In this document: positions 27,501 to 40,690 of the stretch, in pieces | Layout of the letters: each line of letters opens with the position of its first letter | Numbering within the stretch: the stretch's first letter is position 1 | Source of the DNA: Octopus sinensis | Lineage: Eukaryota | Direction of reading: 5' to 3' | DNA length: 64,000 nt | NCBI RefSeq assembly: GCF_006345805.1 | Contig: NC_043001.1 | Location: 70,370,001 to 70,434,000 of the forward strand | Notes under the pieces: model-generated | Databases searched by the model: none | Told to the model about the DNA's origin: nothing | Seen by the model: only the letters and a program-made list of their open reading frames with translations | Program-made: the position numbers and the translations under genes

Positions 27501-28641
27501 TTATGCATCGGAAGATGCATATATATGTACATATTTATAGATGCATACATATATGTGTGTGTGTGTGTGTATGTGCGTGTGTGCGTGCATGTGAATGGTA
27601 TACCTACACTCGCATACATATACATATTTAGAATACTTTATATGTATTTGCGTGTGTATATATTTTTGTATGTTGAGGAAGAAGGCAAAAATTACATAGT
27701 CCTCTTTCACCAGGTGAAAAATGACAGGGTATATTCATAAAAGAAAGTAGAGATAGAAATGTTTCATATTAGGTTTCTGCTAATTCACTATGGCAGCCAC
27801 AATTTCTGCAATATGAATATAAATTTATGCAAGCTGTTACTTAGAGACTAATATAAATTACATTGCTTTCACCTTTTGAAGCGTTATTGCTTTGACGGAC
27901 GAATTAGTAATAGATGCTATGTAATCTAATACTGCACTGAATAGAATTACCGTGGAGTCATTTATTGACAAATTGAGAAAATATTGATAAATATAGCTTC
28001 AAGAGAGATTCCGCTCTACTTTCTTGTGCACCATAGTTTTATGCTTCTGTTTAGTTCACAAAATAATGCAGATCAACAGTTTATTATTTCATTTCTATTA
28101 TGAGATTTCATCTGTGAAACATGAATTCAATCTCATTATAATATGCTTTGCGTGAAGGTGTTTTAATTTTTCTCTGGTATCTACTAAATGCCTATCAACT
28201 GCTTAATAGCTGGGTACACAAAGCTGATTTGTTGCACAGACAGTTATATAGTTGCCGCGAGATCCGTGTAACGTTGGTGATATCTACAGGAAATCAGCAA
28301 CTATCAGTCAACCCCAGGAGTTATCGGTTTTTTAAAAGTTTGGTGCATGTCCTATTGCTCTCTTTTCAGGAACCACTAATTTACGGAGATATAAATACAC
28401 CAACACCAGTTATCAAGTGATTATGAGGGGCGGGAAACACATTGACACGCACACACACACACACATTTAGATACTATGGGCGTATTTCAGTTTTCATTTA
28501 TCAAGTGGGACTGAAACCCAAACCAATTTACTACTGTGAAATATAGTGTGTTTTTGTGCGTGTCTATATATACATACACACACACACACACACACGCACA
28601 TATATATATATATATATATATAATATATATATATATATATA

Positions 28642-28715
<74 letters not shown>

Positions 28716-28787
28716 AAGAGAGAGAGATACAGAGTTCAAATTTACAGGAAACAAAAGACGAAGACAGCTGAGGGAACAATATATATA

Positions 28788-28861
<74 letters not shown>

Positions 28862-28924
28862 TAAATAAATAAGTATATATATATATACCTATAAACATAT
28901 AAACATATATACATATATTCATAC

Positions 28925-28969
<45 letters not shown>

Positions 28970-29326
28970 TCGAAGTGTACTGTGCGGTTTTGTATTAGGT
29001 ATACAACGAATGTTAGTTAACAGTCCAATTATGTAACCCGTCACTCATCATAGATAGCCAGCAGATACTTCTGATGAGAGCAGGTTTACTTAAATGGATT
29101 ATTTACTAACACTTTGTTGATCTCCTGGTGCGAAACCGATTGGTGAGATTAGCCTTAATGTATATATAATACCGTACACTTCGAAGAATATACCCCCGCT
29201 ACTGACAGATATATGAGTGCATTTTTTTCCCTGATTGATTCACTCTAAGACGGCATACACACGCACACACATACACACACTTATACATATATATCTATCT
29301 ATCTCTCTCTATATATATGTATATGA

Positions 29327-29404
<78 letters not shown>

Positions 29405-29406
<2 letters not shown>

Positions 29407-29672
29407 GCAGGAGTGGATGTGTGGTAAGTAGCTCGATTACAAACCACATGGTTCTTGGTTCAGTCCCACTGACAACATCGTCCGTGTTTGCACCCCACGA
29501 CACTTGACAATCGATACTGGTGGGTTCACATCGCCGTCCCCCAAAAATCCCATTCGAATAAGTAGTAGGCTTACAAAGATTAGGTCCTGGGTCGATTTGC
29601 TAGACTAAATGCGATGCTCCAGTATTACCGCAATCAAATGAATGAAACAAATAAAAGAATAAAAGAATAAAA
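29405..29672 (+). mobile_element. tRNA-derived SINE (internally deleted)
   Basis: gcaggagtggatgtgtggtaag head, ggttcagtccc B box, and (AAAAGAAT)n tail. Confidence 0.7.
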
Positions 29673-29675
29673 GCA

Positions 29676-29729
<54 letters not shown>

Positions 29730-30629
29730 TATATATTTAATTATTTATTTATCTATTTATTCTTTAGGATGATTTTACTGAACTTGATATAATATTACAC
29801 AACCTGATATTCACACGTACCACCTCAAACATATGCATGCTGTGGGGACCGTGCGCTTGCGTGTGTTCATGTACGTAAACCTGTGTGTGCTTTTATGCTG
29901 TGTCTGTTCATAATATGTATGTATGTACGTATGCATGTATGTATGCACTTACGTGCGTACGTTGGTAAGTACTTTGTATGTATTATTTATGTATTATTTA
30001 GGTATGTAATTGTTTAGACGTTTGTGTAGACCCGTGTGTATACGTGTATGTACAGTATGTACATGTGAACTTATTTTTACGTACTGATATGCGTGTCTGT
30101 TCAAGTGGTATGAACACACGTCTACACACTTACATACATAAATACTCACATACATACAAAGTACATACGTGCATACATACATACATACATACATACATAC
30201 ATACATACATACATACATACATACATACATACATACATACGTACATACATACATAGATATCATGAACTGACTGTTACTTTCTCAGATGCAGCACGGAATT
30301 TTGTTGAGTGGTCAGGTCGCGGTCTCAAAGCGACGAAAATATTTTGACAAATTAAATTTAAATGTTGAAGTGAATCCAACGGTTTTTGCGTAGTTTTAAA
30401 TGGCTCATAAACACCTGCAATTGTTTTTGTTTCAGCGTACGATCTCAGCTCAAGTCACTTGCTATGCAAGATCATCTCCGTAATAAATTAAATAATTAAC
30501 AGTTATCTTCTAAGGTACTAACATTGGTAGAAAAAATATATAGAAGGGCATGTAATAACGACCATGGAGGTATGTATGCAAGTGTTATGAGTGGTGGGTA
30601 AGTTTACACTTGGGTTTATGGAGGAATTT

Positions 30630-30960
30630 GAAAGTCCGGAAGAATTTGTATTTACACGTTGTGACGACTTCGTTGTGTTTGTTGAGTAATTGTGGTGAGT
30701 AATGTGTTAAACTTTTGTGGGTTTCTTTTAGGCAGAGTCCACAAGTGAAGCGTTGGCCTTGATATGGGATGCCAGAATCTTTTATAGCCCGGGATAACCT
30801 ATATTGTATTTTTCTATTAGTTAGATGGTGTACGTAACTGGCTAGTGATGTGGAATTGCTATGCTCTTTATATCTAAATGATTTTAAATGTGTAGAATAT
30901 ATTTGTTTAAAATAGTGGTTGATCCAATATAGTAGCTGTTGAAGTTACTTCATACATTGT
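30630..30960 (-). mobile_element. Penelope-like GIY-YIG C-terminal fragment
   Basis: The minus strand gives SFRYKEHSNSTSLASYVHHL..PYQGQRFTCGLCLKE..LNKHNEVVTTC. Confidence 0.7.
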
Positions 30961-30961
30961 G

Positions 30962-30996
<35 letters not shown>

Positions 30997-31461
30997 TCTG
31001 TGTGTGTGTGTGTGTGTGTGTGTGAATATGTATATATGTATGTATGTACCGGTCTTAAATTTTGCCACATAGCCAGAATTTTTTGTTTTTATGTCAACTG
31101 TTACTTATTTCATCGATCCCAAAACTTGAAAGATGCAGGGAATCTCGGCGGGATTTGAACTCCAGCCGTAAAGAGCCGAGAGAAATGATGGTAAGCCTCT
31201 TGTCCGACACTCCAATAAATCTTCCAGATCACCGTCCTCTACATACATATATATATTGGTTTAAAATTTTGGCACAATGCCAGCAAGTCCCTCGTGAGTC
31301 GATTATATTGTCTCCAATACTCAACTGGTACCTATTTTATCTAATTTGAAAGGATGAACAGCAAAGACGACCTGGTCACGGTTTGGACTCAGATTGTAAA
31401 GGCGGACGAGATGCTACGCATTTGACCAACATTTCTAACAGCGCACCGCCTTCTACATACA

Positions 31462-31802
31462 TCTAATAATAATTCTGCTTGTTCCTCCGTTAGTTATTTA
31501 CTTAGCCTGTCTGTAACGCTTTCGCGGGATTAGTCGAATGGAAAGTTGAAGGGCAAGGGAAAAAGTGGAAAAAAGGGAAAGGAAAGAAAATAGTGCGATA
31601 CGAAGAGTGAGAGACAAAGAGGGGGAAAGAAAAGAGAGAGAGAGAGAAAGAGAGGGAGAGAGAAGCGTCCATAACGTGAGGGATGGGGAACGTAATATTT
31701 ATTACATGGTTAAAAAACTTGTTGAAGTTAGTGATATAGAGGAGAGTTAGAAATATAATTTTAGCAGAGAGGTGTTGTTCTGTTGGTGAGAGTAAAGCAA
31801 GG

Positions 31803-31887
<85 letters not shown>

Positions 31888-32624
31888 TGGGATGGGGCAT
31901 GGTGGTGGTAGTCGTGTTGTTGTTGTTGGTGGTGGTCGTCGTCGTGGTGGTGTTGCAAGTGGTAGTGGTGCAGGTGGCGGTGATGAGTGGACAGTGAAAA
32001 GTGTAATTGTTTTTTTTAATTGAACTAAGTTTTTTTTTATATCACTTATCACGTAACGTATGTGCATAAGTACAACTATTGATCGTCCGCTCGTTTGAAA
32101 ATTGATATTTATTTATAACACATAGATGACAGGTGATGTAAGATAACAACAGAAAGAATGAAAACGAGTAGGCAATGACGTAAGAAGCAGCAAAGTGTGG
32201 AAACATTAGAACAAGCAAAGAGAATCAACGCGTAGAAGGGAAAATATGAGTCAAAGAGTATAGAGTAAGTATTTACAAGATATAAATGGACGTATTATAA
32301 AACGCAAATTGGTAATGACAAAAAAAATTTAAAAGGAAGAAAAATCCTGTAAGCATACGCTAGAAATTTACATTAGAGATACGAATATTCTCCATAATCA
32401 TTTTGAACCTCTTAGATTTATAAATGAACCTCTGAACTTCAGAAAGTATGGGAAATTCATGCTCTTTCAATTACAATATTTTCCAGAAGTGAAAAGTGTT
32501 TTTAAACGAAAATTATGCAGAATATACGATATATAAAATGACACAAATTTTTGTGTCTCTATATAAATTTACAACCATCTAAAAAGTTTCGCATTTACCG
32601 TGGAATTTCCACGGGTACCGCTAG
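31462..32624 (+). mobile_element. Non-autonomous Helitron
   Basis: A|TCTAATAATAA..tgtctgtaacgc 5' end, 3' hairpin CCGTGG-AATTT-CCACGG, and CTAG|T at 32621-32624. Confidence 0.7.
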
Positions 32625-32834
32625 TACACATTAATACAAGTATTATGCCTCAAATATAAAATCGAGTATGTTCGGGTTAAATTCACAGAGAGTGAAGGCG
32701 ACGAATTATCAGATTCATTATCGTATCCAATAGAATAACTCTGTCCTACCGTCAGAGATCATTCGCACGTTGTCGAATTTCACTCTTGTTTCCGTAGTTT
32801 TCTTCTACTCCACTCCGTCTGACTCTCTCACTTG

Positions 32835-32877
<43 letters not shown>

Positions 32878-33270
32878 TCTTTACCCCTTTCTATCTTCCC
32901 TTACTTATATCTCCCTTTTTCTTTGTCTCCTCATCTCAGTATCTCTCTCTCTGTATTGTCTCCGTAAGGCATTAATTCGCCACTTACTGCAGCATGGCTT
33001 TTGGAATAAGATATATTCGTGGAGCTGTACTGTTTTGGAAGTGATTTAAGACGAAATTAGATAGACCGAGGGCACATACACACCATTGTACTCAGTTCAG
33101 ATAAATCACCTCTAAATTTTATAATGCATCATCTAGTTTTAACTGCATGGACTTTCGCTTCTCTCAGACACATACTCATACACACATATTGCACTGTTTT
33201 CGGCAGTGTTTGGAAGGAAGGTGTGTAGAGTGTGCTCGTCGCATTAACCATAAGAAATTTGTCATGGTGA

Positions 33271-33948
33271 TACCTGGTCTGACGCCTACGCAAAGTTACA
33301 GAAAGTGTATGTAGAGCGCTGTATAAGCTGCACACAAGTGTACAAGAGGTTCAGAGGCTTCCAAGAGGACAGAAAAAAAGTCGATATTGACGAACATTCT
33401 GGAAGACCTGCAAGCAGCAGAACTGAGAAAAACATCGCTGATGTGCGTGCAGCTGCGAGGGGAAATCGTCGAATCACCATCCGTGAGTTTTCAGTGGATG
33501 TGCAGATTAGTTACCTTTTCATTTCAGTCCATTATCTCTGGAGATTTGAGTATGAGACGCGTGTGTGCCAAATTTGTGAGGTAACTGCTTTCACCTGACA
33601 CAAAAGACACCCGGGTTTCAGTTGCACAATATCTCCTTGATTGTTTCGGGAACGACGAAATCTTTTTGAAAATTTTGCGCAGGCATCTGAACTAGTACCG
33701 CCAAGCTTTTGGCAAAAGTTGATGCAGATTCTTTGCTCAACCTTCTCTGTCATGTTTAATGCGACGATCACCCGTTACACACGTTCTTTCCAAGCACTGC
33801 TGTATACAGCGAAAATGTGCAAGAATGTTAAAACTTACTGGATCTGCAGAGCAGAGATCAATGTCATTCTGTACCAAGAGCTTTACTCTGCGTTTTTTAG
33901 CTTTGTTACTATGGCAACAGTCCGGATAATTATTGATCAGATGACGTA
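33271..33948. mobile_element. Internally deleted and inverted mariner element
   Basis: The minus strand gives MTEKVEQRICINFCQKLG from 33753. The plus strand gives AYAKLQKVY..DEHSGRP..NRRITIRE. The termini are TACCTGGTCTGA and TCAGATGACGTA. Confidence 0.85.
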
Positions 33949-36357
33949 TGTGTGCGGCAGTATGTGTGTGAATACTGAGATGCTTCAGAACAGTAATAAA
34001 CATATTAGTGCATTGTTTATCTGTTGCTTGTTCATCGTTTGCTTATTTTATTTTGTTTCGTAAGAGAGAGCCTTATCTCCATTTCAAGCCGTACTGATTC
34101 CGCACTTATTGTCATTCCGCTGTTTTTAATGGTTATTAGCGATAATTATCATTATTGTTGGTGTTGATATTGATAGCTACACCAACAACAACGGCACAAA
34201 CTTTAACGTTGGTGTGGGTAATGATGCAAGTCAAAATGGTGATCTAGCTGATTGAAATGTTAATGAATGAAACATGATATGCTAAAGAAATTTAAAATTG
34301 AAAATAAAAAAATCAAGCCATATGCATTAGTGTTAATTGAATTGAGAAAGAAGCAGTTGTAAACAGTTCTTGAATGACTGAGTGTATAAATGTGTCAATA
34401 GCAATAAGAGAATTATATTGAGAGTGGTAATTAATGAAATTGTGATTGTTTTTTTCTAGCAAACTTTAGTTATTGAATGTTTGGAAAGCCATGCAGAAGT
34501 AGCTCAAAATATTGAGCATGAGGCCAATCGAATATATCAGTAGCCATACTTGTAGGGGAGCAGCGACATAGAGCACAACACACATGCATGAGTGGGCATT
34601 AAACCGTCACTCACCGTACTTAGTTACCTTGTTGAAGTAAAATCTACCTACTGATTGTGTACATAAAGTCGATGATCGAGTATTTGTAGATTCATTTTAT
34701 ATTTTATTAAATTCAATTGTAAGAGATACAACTTGCTAATAGAGACACACATTTCTCGCGTCCAGGGCATCTATTTTATTTCTCTCAAATGGACAGCATG
34801 CTGGAAAATTGTAGCGTGTAAATTGTTCCACTGGTTCACCAGACTTACCTTTGAATATGTAGAACCAATGAAGAAATTGCTGTCTTGTAATTGTGCCAAA
34901 TAAGAAAGATAATGATCTCTCGCTCGGAAAGATCAAAAACTAATAATTTATTATTAAAACTGTGATTTTGAACTAAAATCAGGTTACACGGGTAGATAAG
35001 AATAGTAACCGAAAATGTGCAATCATTACAATTTCCAGCTCAAAAATATTTTAGAAAGATATGACATAGTTTAACTAAAGATACTTTTGTCTAATTACAA
35101 CTACCACATATGCAATCGAAGCAAAATGCTATATGAGTGATGGAAGTTGTAACCAATATTACAATGTGTGTTTCATACTTTGTCATAGTGAAATTAAATT
35201 AGAATTCTCTAAGACATTTCAGTTGACGTTTTTGCAGATATTCCATTATTCTTAAATAATAAATTATAAAATTAATATTTTAGGACGTTATACATAGATA
35301 TTACCATCTGGAAATTGAAAACTGATCTGATCTAACACTGTATAATAGATATTGCATTAAAAACCAAAATAGCTTACACCTACGAGGCAAACTTCTACTC
35401 GGTGACTCAATCTCTTACGAATAGCACATATATATGTATTTTCTTTTCTCTCTGCATTCTGATCAAGTTGTCTTAATCTTCCGATCGGGTTAATAAGACG
35501 ATTATGAGTGCACTTAACTATAAAAGCATTTGGACATAGCACTAAAACAGGACAGGGCCGCTGTTATTCCCCACTTCGTCAAAAGTCCATAAAAGGACAC
35601 ATGTTCTAAATATCAGTCTACAAAAACTAAATCGGATGGACAAGGGTTTTATGTATGTGATCAAAGGTGTACTAGACCAAGGCTGATATGGGACCGTATA
35701 AGTGAGAGAATATCGACATATCTTTTCAGGTACATAACTGACACGGTTTTTTATTCTTAGAGAAAAGCCATCTCATTGTTTGATTTCAATTCTCTTTAAC
35801 AATACAAACAATGTATACATTGTACTTAAGATTATATCTATTAGATACCGAAAATGGACAATTACGATTCAATGAGTCTTTAGTGTAAAGTTTAGTTCTT
35901 CAAATATGATAATATATTTACTTATAAGATCGATAATAGAATGTAATCTCTAGACATAAGGAATTAGTTGTAACAATATACTCCATTGTAATGACAAATA
36001 TAAGTATAAAAAGGCTAAAGGAAAAAAGGCTGGTTTATCTTTCTTTATTTCTTTTTTCAAATTTTAGACAATATCTCATGGACAATTCTTCGCTGTTAAC
36101 CGTTGTTAACGACAGCGAAATTCACCTGTAATAAGATGCAAAACAAATATCTAAGTCTTCGTTCACAAAGCCCATGCGTTTTGTTACCAATCTTCATATT
36201 TATTAACCATAAACATCGGCAAAAGATACGGAGAGCCCACTCGCACACAGGCACACACTCACAAACGAGCACACAGTAATGCAGACACACATAAACACAC
36301 GCATACAAAGAAACACACGTCTTCTGCACAGTTTCATGTGACGGTTGTCACATCTTT

Positions 36358-37575
36358 CGACATATTTTTATAACTTGTAGGATGCTGATCATGTTATCAC
36401 TTTACGAATGTTAACATCTGTAATGGTAGAGCGAATACGGGAGCCCAGATGGCAGAAATCGGTAACTCATTCAATGGGCTCCTTATGAATGAGTAAGATT
36501 ACGCACACCAGCATATTCACTAATTGTTATGGTTTTTGTCCTCGAGGGTTTATTGTGAGATGAACTTCAAATGCATCCAACTCTAGGATTGTGAAGAAAG
36601 TTTGAGCATTTGTGACTGGATGTGTGACGAGTATGATGTCATCTGCGAAGTTTATGTCAGTGAGGTACAATGCTGGACGACGTGGTCTTTGGCGAGGATT
36701 GAAAGTTATGCCTAGTTCAGATACCATAGCGTGTCGTAGTACGTATTCCAAGACTATTATCAAAAGGAAAGAAGATAAAGTGTCTTTTTGGAGATCTCCT
36801 ATCTTCTCTACGTATGTGTGAATGTGTCAGTCAGCGTTGCGTGCGAAAGTTTTAGGTGTCCCACTGATAGGACAGATAGAATTTCCAACTCTATTTTATA
36901 TACTACAGGAATAGCGAATCTGAAATATTTGTTCATGGCGGACAGATGTAAAAGTTTTGGTTAAATCTAAAGAGACGGCGTAGTAAGACTTTGTTGGGAG
37001 GGTTTTCATTGAGTCGACCAAGAGTTAAAATAGATTCAACAGTGAAGCAGTATTTGCGAAAGCCGTTTTGCTTTGATCTGAGTAGTGTTTCGATAGCATC
37101 TCGGATGCGATTGGTTTAAAGAGTTTGGTTGAAACGCTTAAAGAATTTGGCTGAGCATGACAGTTAGCTGATTCTACGATACAAGCCGTATTTCCATAGA
37201 TCTCAAACTATGCCTGTTTTGTGCTGAACTAAAGCTCTGTATGTTTGTCTCTTACAGCAGCCCAACAGCATTCACTTGATGGCACTCACACCCGACTTCT
37301 TCGCAAGGCCTTTAAAATCTTTCATACCAACCATATTATCAGACAAGTCACTATAGGGATCTTTAACGCTTGTCAGTCACAGTCAAAGGTTATTAAAATT
37401 CGCAAACCACTGTTTTTGTCAAATAGATCAACCTGTCGCTGTACTTTTCCTCTGTAACCTCGTGGGAAATTTTAAGTTTGATGCTTTGCGGGACGCAGGA
37501 ATGTACAATGTCTCAGAATCGGCCCTCACAATATCATTTCGCACCGCCTTGTGCCGAGTTCGACGTCCATGAGTG
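36358..37575. mobile_element. RTE-type LINE fossil with inverted 5' part
   Basis: The minus strand gives YRRIS.., QNGFRK, INFADDI and DFCHLGSRI. The plus strand from ~37187 gives LKLCLF..LDGTHTRLLRKA. Confidence 0.8.
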
Positions 37576-38374
37576 AAATGGGGTAGAATGCGTAGTGTTA
37601 TTTTAGCAAATTGCTCTCATAAAATATTGGTCATCTCACTACTGTGACAGAACAGAAAATATTGCGCAGTAGGTTCGAACACGAAATCTGATTGTGAAAC
37701 GAATTTTCTTAACAATGTAGCAGTGCCAACAGCATTTACAAAGCAAAAATATAAACATTATTCAATGCCTTCGTGATATGTATTGACAAACCTACCACAG
37801 TACTTCTGTTATAAAATCATTTATTCTTTAATCTATGCCACATTCCAGATTGTTTCTCATTCTTGAGAATGTTTCCTCTGAACCTTTACATATATTCTGA
37901 TGAAAATTTATGCAAGTGGATTTCGTATGGATTTCCCGTATCATAACCAGACACGATCTCATGGGTGTAGTCTATTTACCAATACACCTTTAGAGAGATA
38001 AGCAAGCTTATAAAACCTCTTTGGTGTTACGAGCTCAACCAGAAACATGACAGGGAATGCGGAATGAATTGTACCAGACACTGCACGTATCTAATAATCC
38101 TATACGATTCCACATTTTCAGTCAAGAGCTTGTTATATATCGACTTGTTATATATTGACTTAAGAATTGCTAAATCTTAGAGATAATAATAAGAATGGCA
38201 TCAGGCACAAATATGTGGTGTATTAAAAGTCTGATTGAATGTATGATGTAGCATTACTACTCTGATTTCTGCAAATTGATTCCAGGCTGCAATAATCGAT
38301 CTCTTCTTTTGTCTCGGTGTGTTCTTTTACAAATAATGATTTAACACCACATGAAGAAAAGATTATTTGCCAAT

Positions 38375-38614
38375 ATGGCAGTCCTGGTTTAGGATGAATG
38401 TTGCTGTAATTTAGCCCCAGGAGACATCGACTTCAGCTGGCTATACGACTATATTTTCGAACAAGGGAATCTAACAGCACCACTCAGCTCAAAACAATAC
38501 TTATGTATCGTGATTTCCGGGTTATTTCCCTTCATCAGCACAGAATAATTGTTCGCCTAGAGGTGGCGCTGCCAAATTCCCGTTACAACATTCGTCCTAA
38601 ACCTGGACTGCCAT
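38375..38614. mobile_element. 240-bp element with 29-bp terminal inverted repeats
   Basis: atggcagtcctggtttaggatgaatgttg (38375-38403) pairs with caacattcgtcctaaacctggactgccat (38586-38614) with 2 mismatches. Confidence 0.85.
38497..38550 (-). ncRNA. Candidate minimal type-I hammerhead ribozyme
   Basis: Minus strand reads tgtg-CTGATGA-a-GGG-aaataa-CCC-g-GAAAT-cacg-ATA-cata. Confidence 0.6.
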
Positions 38615-38774
38615 GTTATGTTGGTAAATTATATTTAATCCAAAGTACTGTTACTGAATATCTCTCGTTGTGAGATTTACAAATAGTAATTTTCTAAACC
38701 ACAGGAAGAGTATAGCGAATACATGTATTTAGTTTATTATACATATTAGTTATTGTTATTATTATTATTATTAT

Positions 38775-39260
38775 TCAAGATTCCAATATCGTTATGTGTC
38801 TACCGGGGGTTTTGTACTGTCTGTCAAGTCACAACAATAATCTCAGACAGGTAGTACTTCACGCAGCATGAGTGCATTTCAAAGTAATGCCGATTTTTAC
38901 AATACACCTAGATTGTAGGGTATTTTAAGTTTCCAGACGTTTTTTTTTCAGATTGGGTGGTATTGAACCCAATGCTCCGATGACTACAGGGACAAATTTT
39001 ATGTTTGACTCTCGTAGCTGCCAAATCTTGGTGATCTCAATCCTCAGGATCTCCATATTTTCCAATATTTTCTTTTTCTTTCACGGTATGTTGGTCTCTT
39101 GGCACTGTCACGTCAATTATTAATCACTCTTGGATGTCCCTCCTATATCTTGCCTTCGGTCTGGCAACTTGTCTTTCTGGAAGTCCAAGTCGCAGAGGAT
39201 TTCTACCTTCCCTTTCTTGTCCATTAGATTTTCCAGTACCAAGCACCCTTTACCTCGTAT
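38775..39260 (-). mobile_element. 3' end of an RLE-endonuclease non-LTR retrotransposon (R4/Dong-like)
   Basis: The minus strand gives IIDVTVP, KEKENIGKY, EITKIWQL, VPVVIGALG and KSALL..MLREVL, then an (AAT)n tail. A second fragment (PMIVGAL..QKIVL) lies at ~39960-40085. Confidence 0.8.
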
Positions 39261-40509
39261 CCATACTTCCGGCATAGTAACCACTCTCAGTTCATTAGTT
39301 TATTTCCTGACATTGGACACATGTCCTTTTCCATCCCAAATTTCAAGGTAAGTCAGCCTACTCCGCGACTTCTTTCCAGCTTTGCTCTTTCGTGTTGTTC
39401 GATAAGTGTATCATATACTTCCTTCCATCACTTATGTCTGTTTTTGTGTATACCATGTATGTGATCTCTTGTGACATAACCACCGTCCGAGGCCAGATCC
39501 TTGCACTTGATGCGGGCAGTTTCGGACGTGGCGGGCGTGAATCCTTCACCATGATCGGCTATAGCTTCATTCTTACCGTTAATTCTTTCCTTGTTTTGTT
39601 GCATCATGATTGCATGAGTCATTCGTGGGGTTCTCACGGGAGTTGTTACTGAGATCCCATCTTTCTCTTCCTCTTTTATTTGTATATACACTTGTATATG
39701 TGTGTACATACACACACATATATATATATAAATAACGTGCTTTCATTGTGTTGCCTCCATAACCACAGTGATTATAATTACCGCCATTTTTCTACCTATA
39801 GCACTTAAAATTATCAATAATAATATGGGTCCCAGTATATTGCAGTAGATCTTCGTCATTATTTATCAAATACTCGGCAAGAGTTCTTTCACTTCTTATA
39901 CAATGGTCTCTGCCACCATTCTTTCTTTTCGTATAGTCTGTTTACGTTTGCAGTTAACACTTAATACTATCTTTTGCGCTCCCTGCATGAATTGTAATCC
40001 AGAGGTCATTCTCAACTAATTTTTAGTTCCTTTACTGGTCATTTCAAGTGCTCCCACAATCATTGGTTTTGTGACCGTTTTGAGAGTAGGAGAAAGAGAA
40101 GCAGCCTGGTGAACAGATCAAATTCTAGAGGTCTGTAAATGTATTCGACAGATGGTAAGGTGATCAGCAGTGGGCATTCCTGTGCGATAAGGAGACAAAA
40201 GAAGCCTCACAAGCTTGGGGTCAGCAGAGGTCAAATGCGTTTACTACTACAAGCGGTCAATGCGAGCGCTGGCTTTGGTCTTGAAAAGAACCAGTTCACG
40301 TTGTTCTATTTTTAATTACTAATTGAAAATATAACAATAAGGATAATAATAATAATGATATATATATATATATACTGATGTTCACATCGTTGAAATTTTG
40401 AATTTCTGATGTTTTTTTTTTTATTTTTATTTTCTTTATATAAGTTTTACTGAAGTTTATAGTTGTTGTAATTGTACAGTTTGTATTTATTAGCAGGTGC
40501 GTACTTTCT

Positions 40510-40631
40510 GAATTATTATTATTATTATAGTCATTATTATTATTGTTGTTGTTGTTGTTGTTGTTACGAGCACTAGCAGCGGCAGCAGCAGCAGCGGCAG
40601 CAGTAGTAGTAGTAGTAGTAGTAGTAGTTGC

Positions 40632-40688
<57 letters not shown>

Positions 40689-40690
40689 TT
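40510..40690. repeat. Compound trinucleotide microsatellite (TTA)(TTG)(GCA)(GTA)
   Basis: Directly visible. Confidence 0.95.

Noticed and set aside
39358-39715. Non-repetitive short ORFs on both strands
   Set aside because: No motif or splice support; probably transposon-derived.
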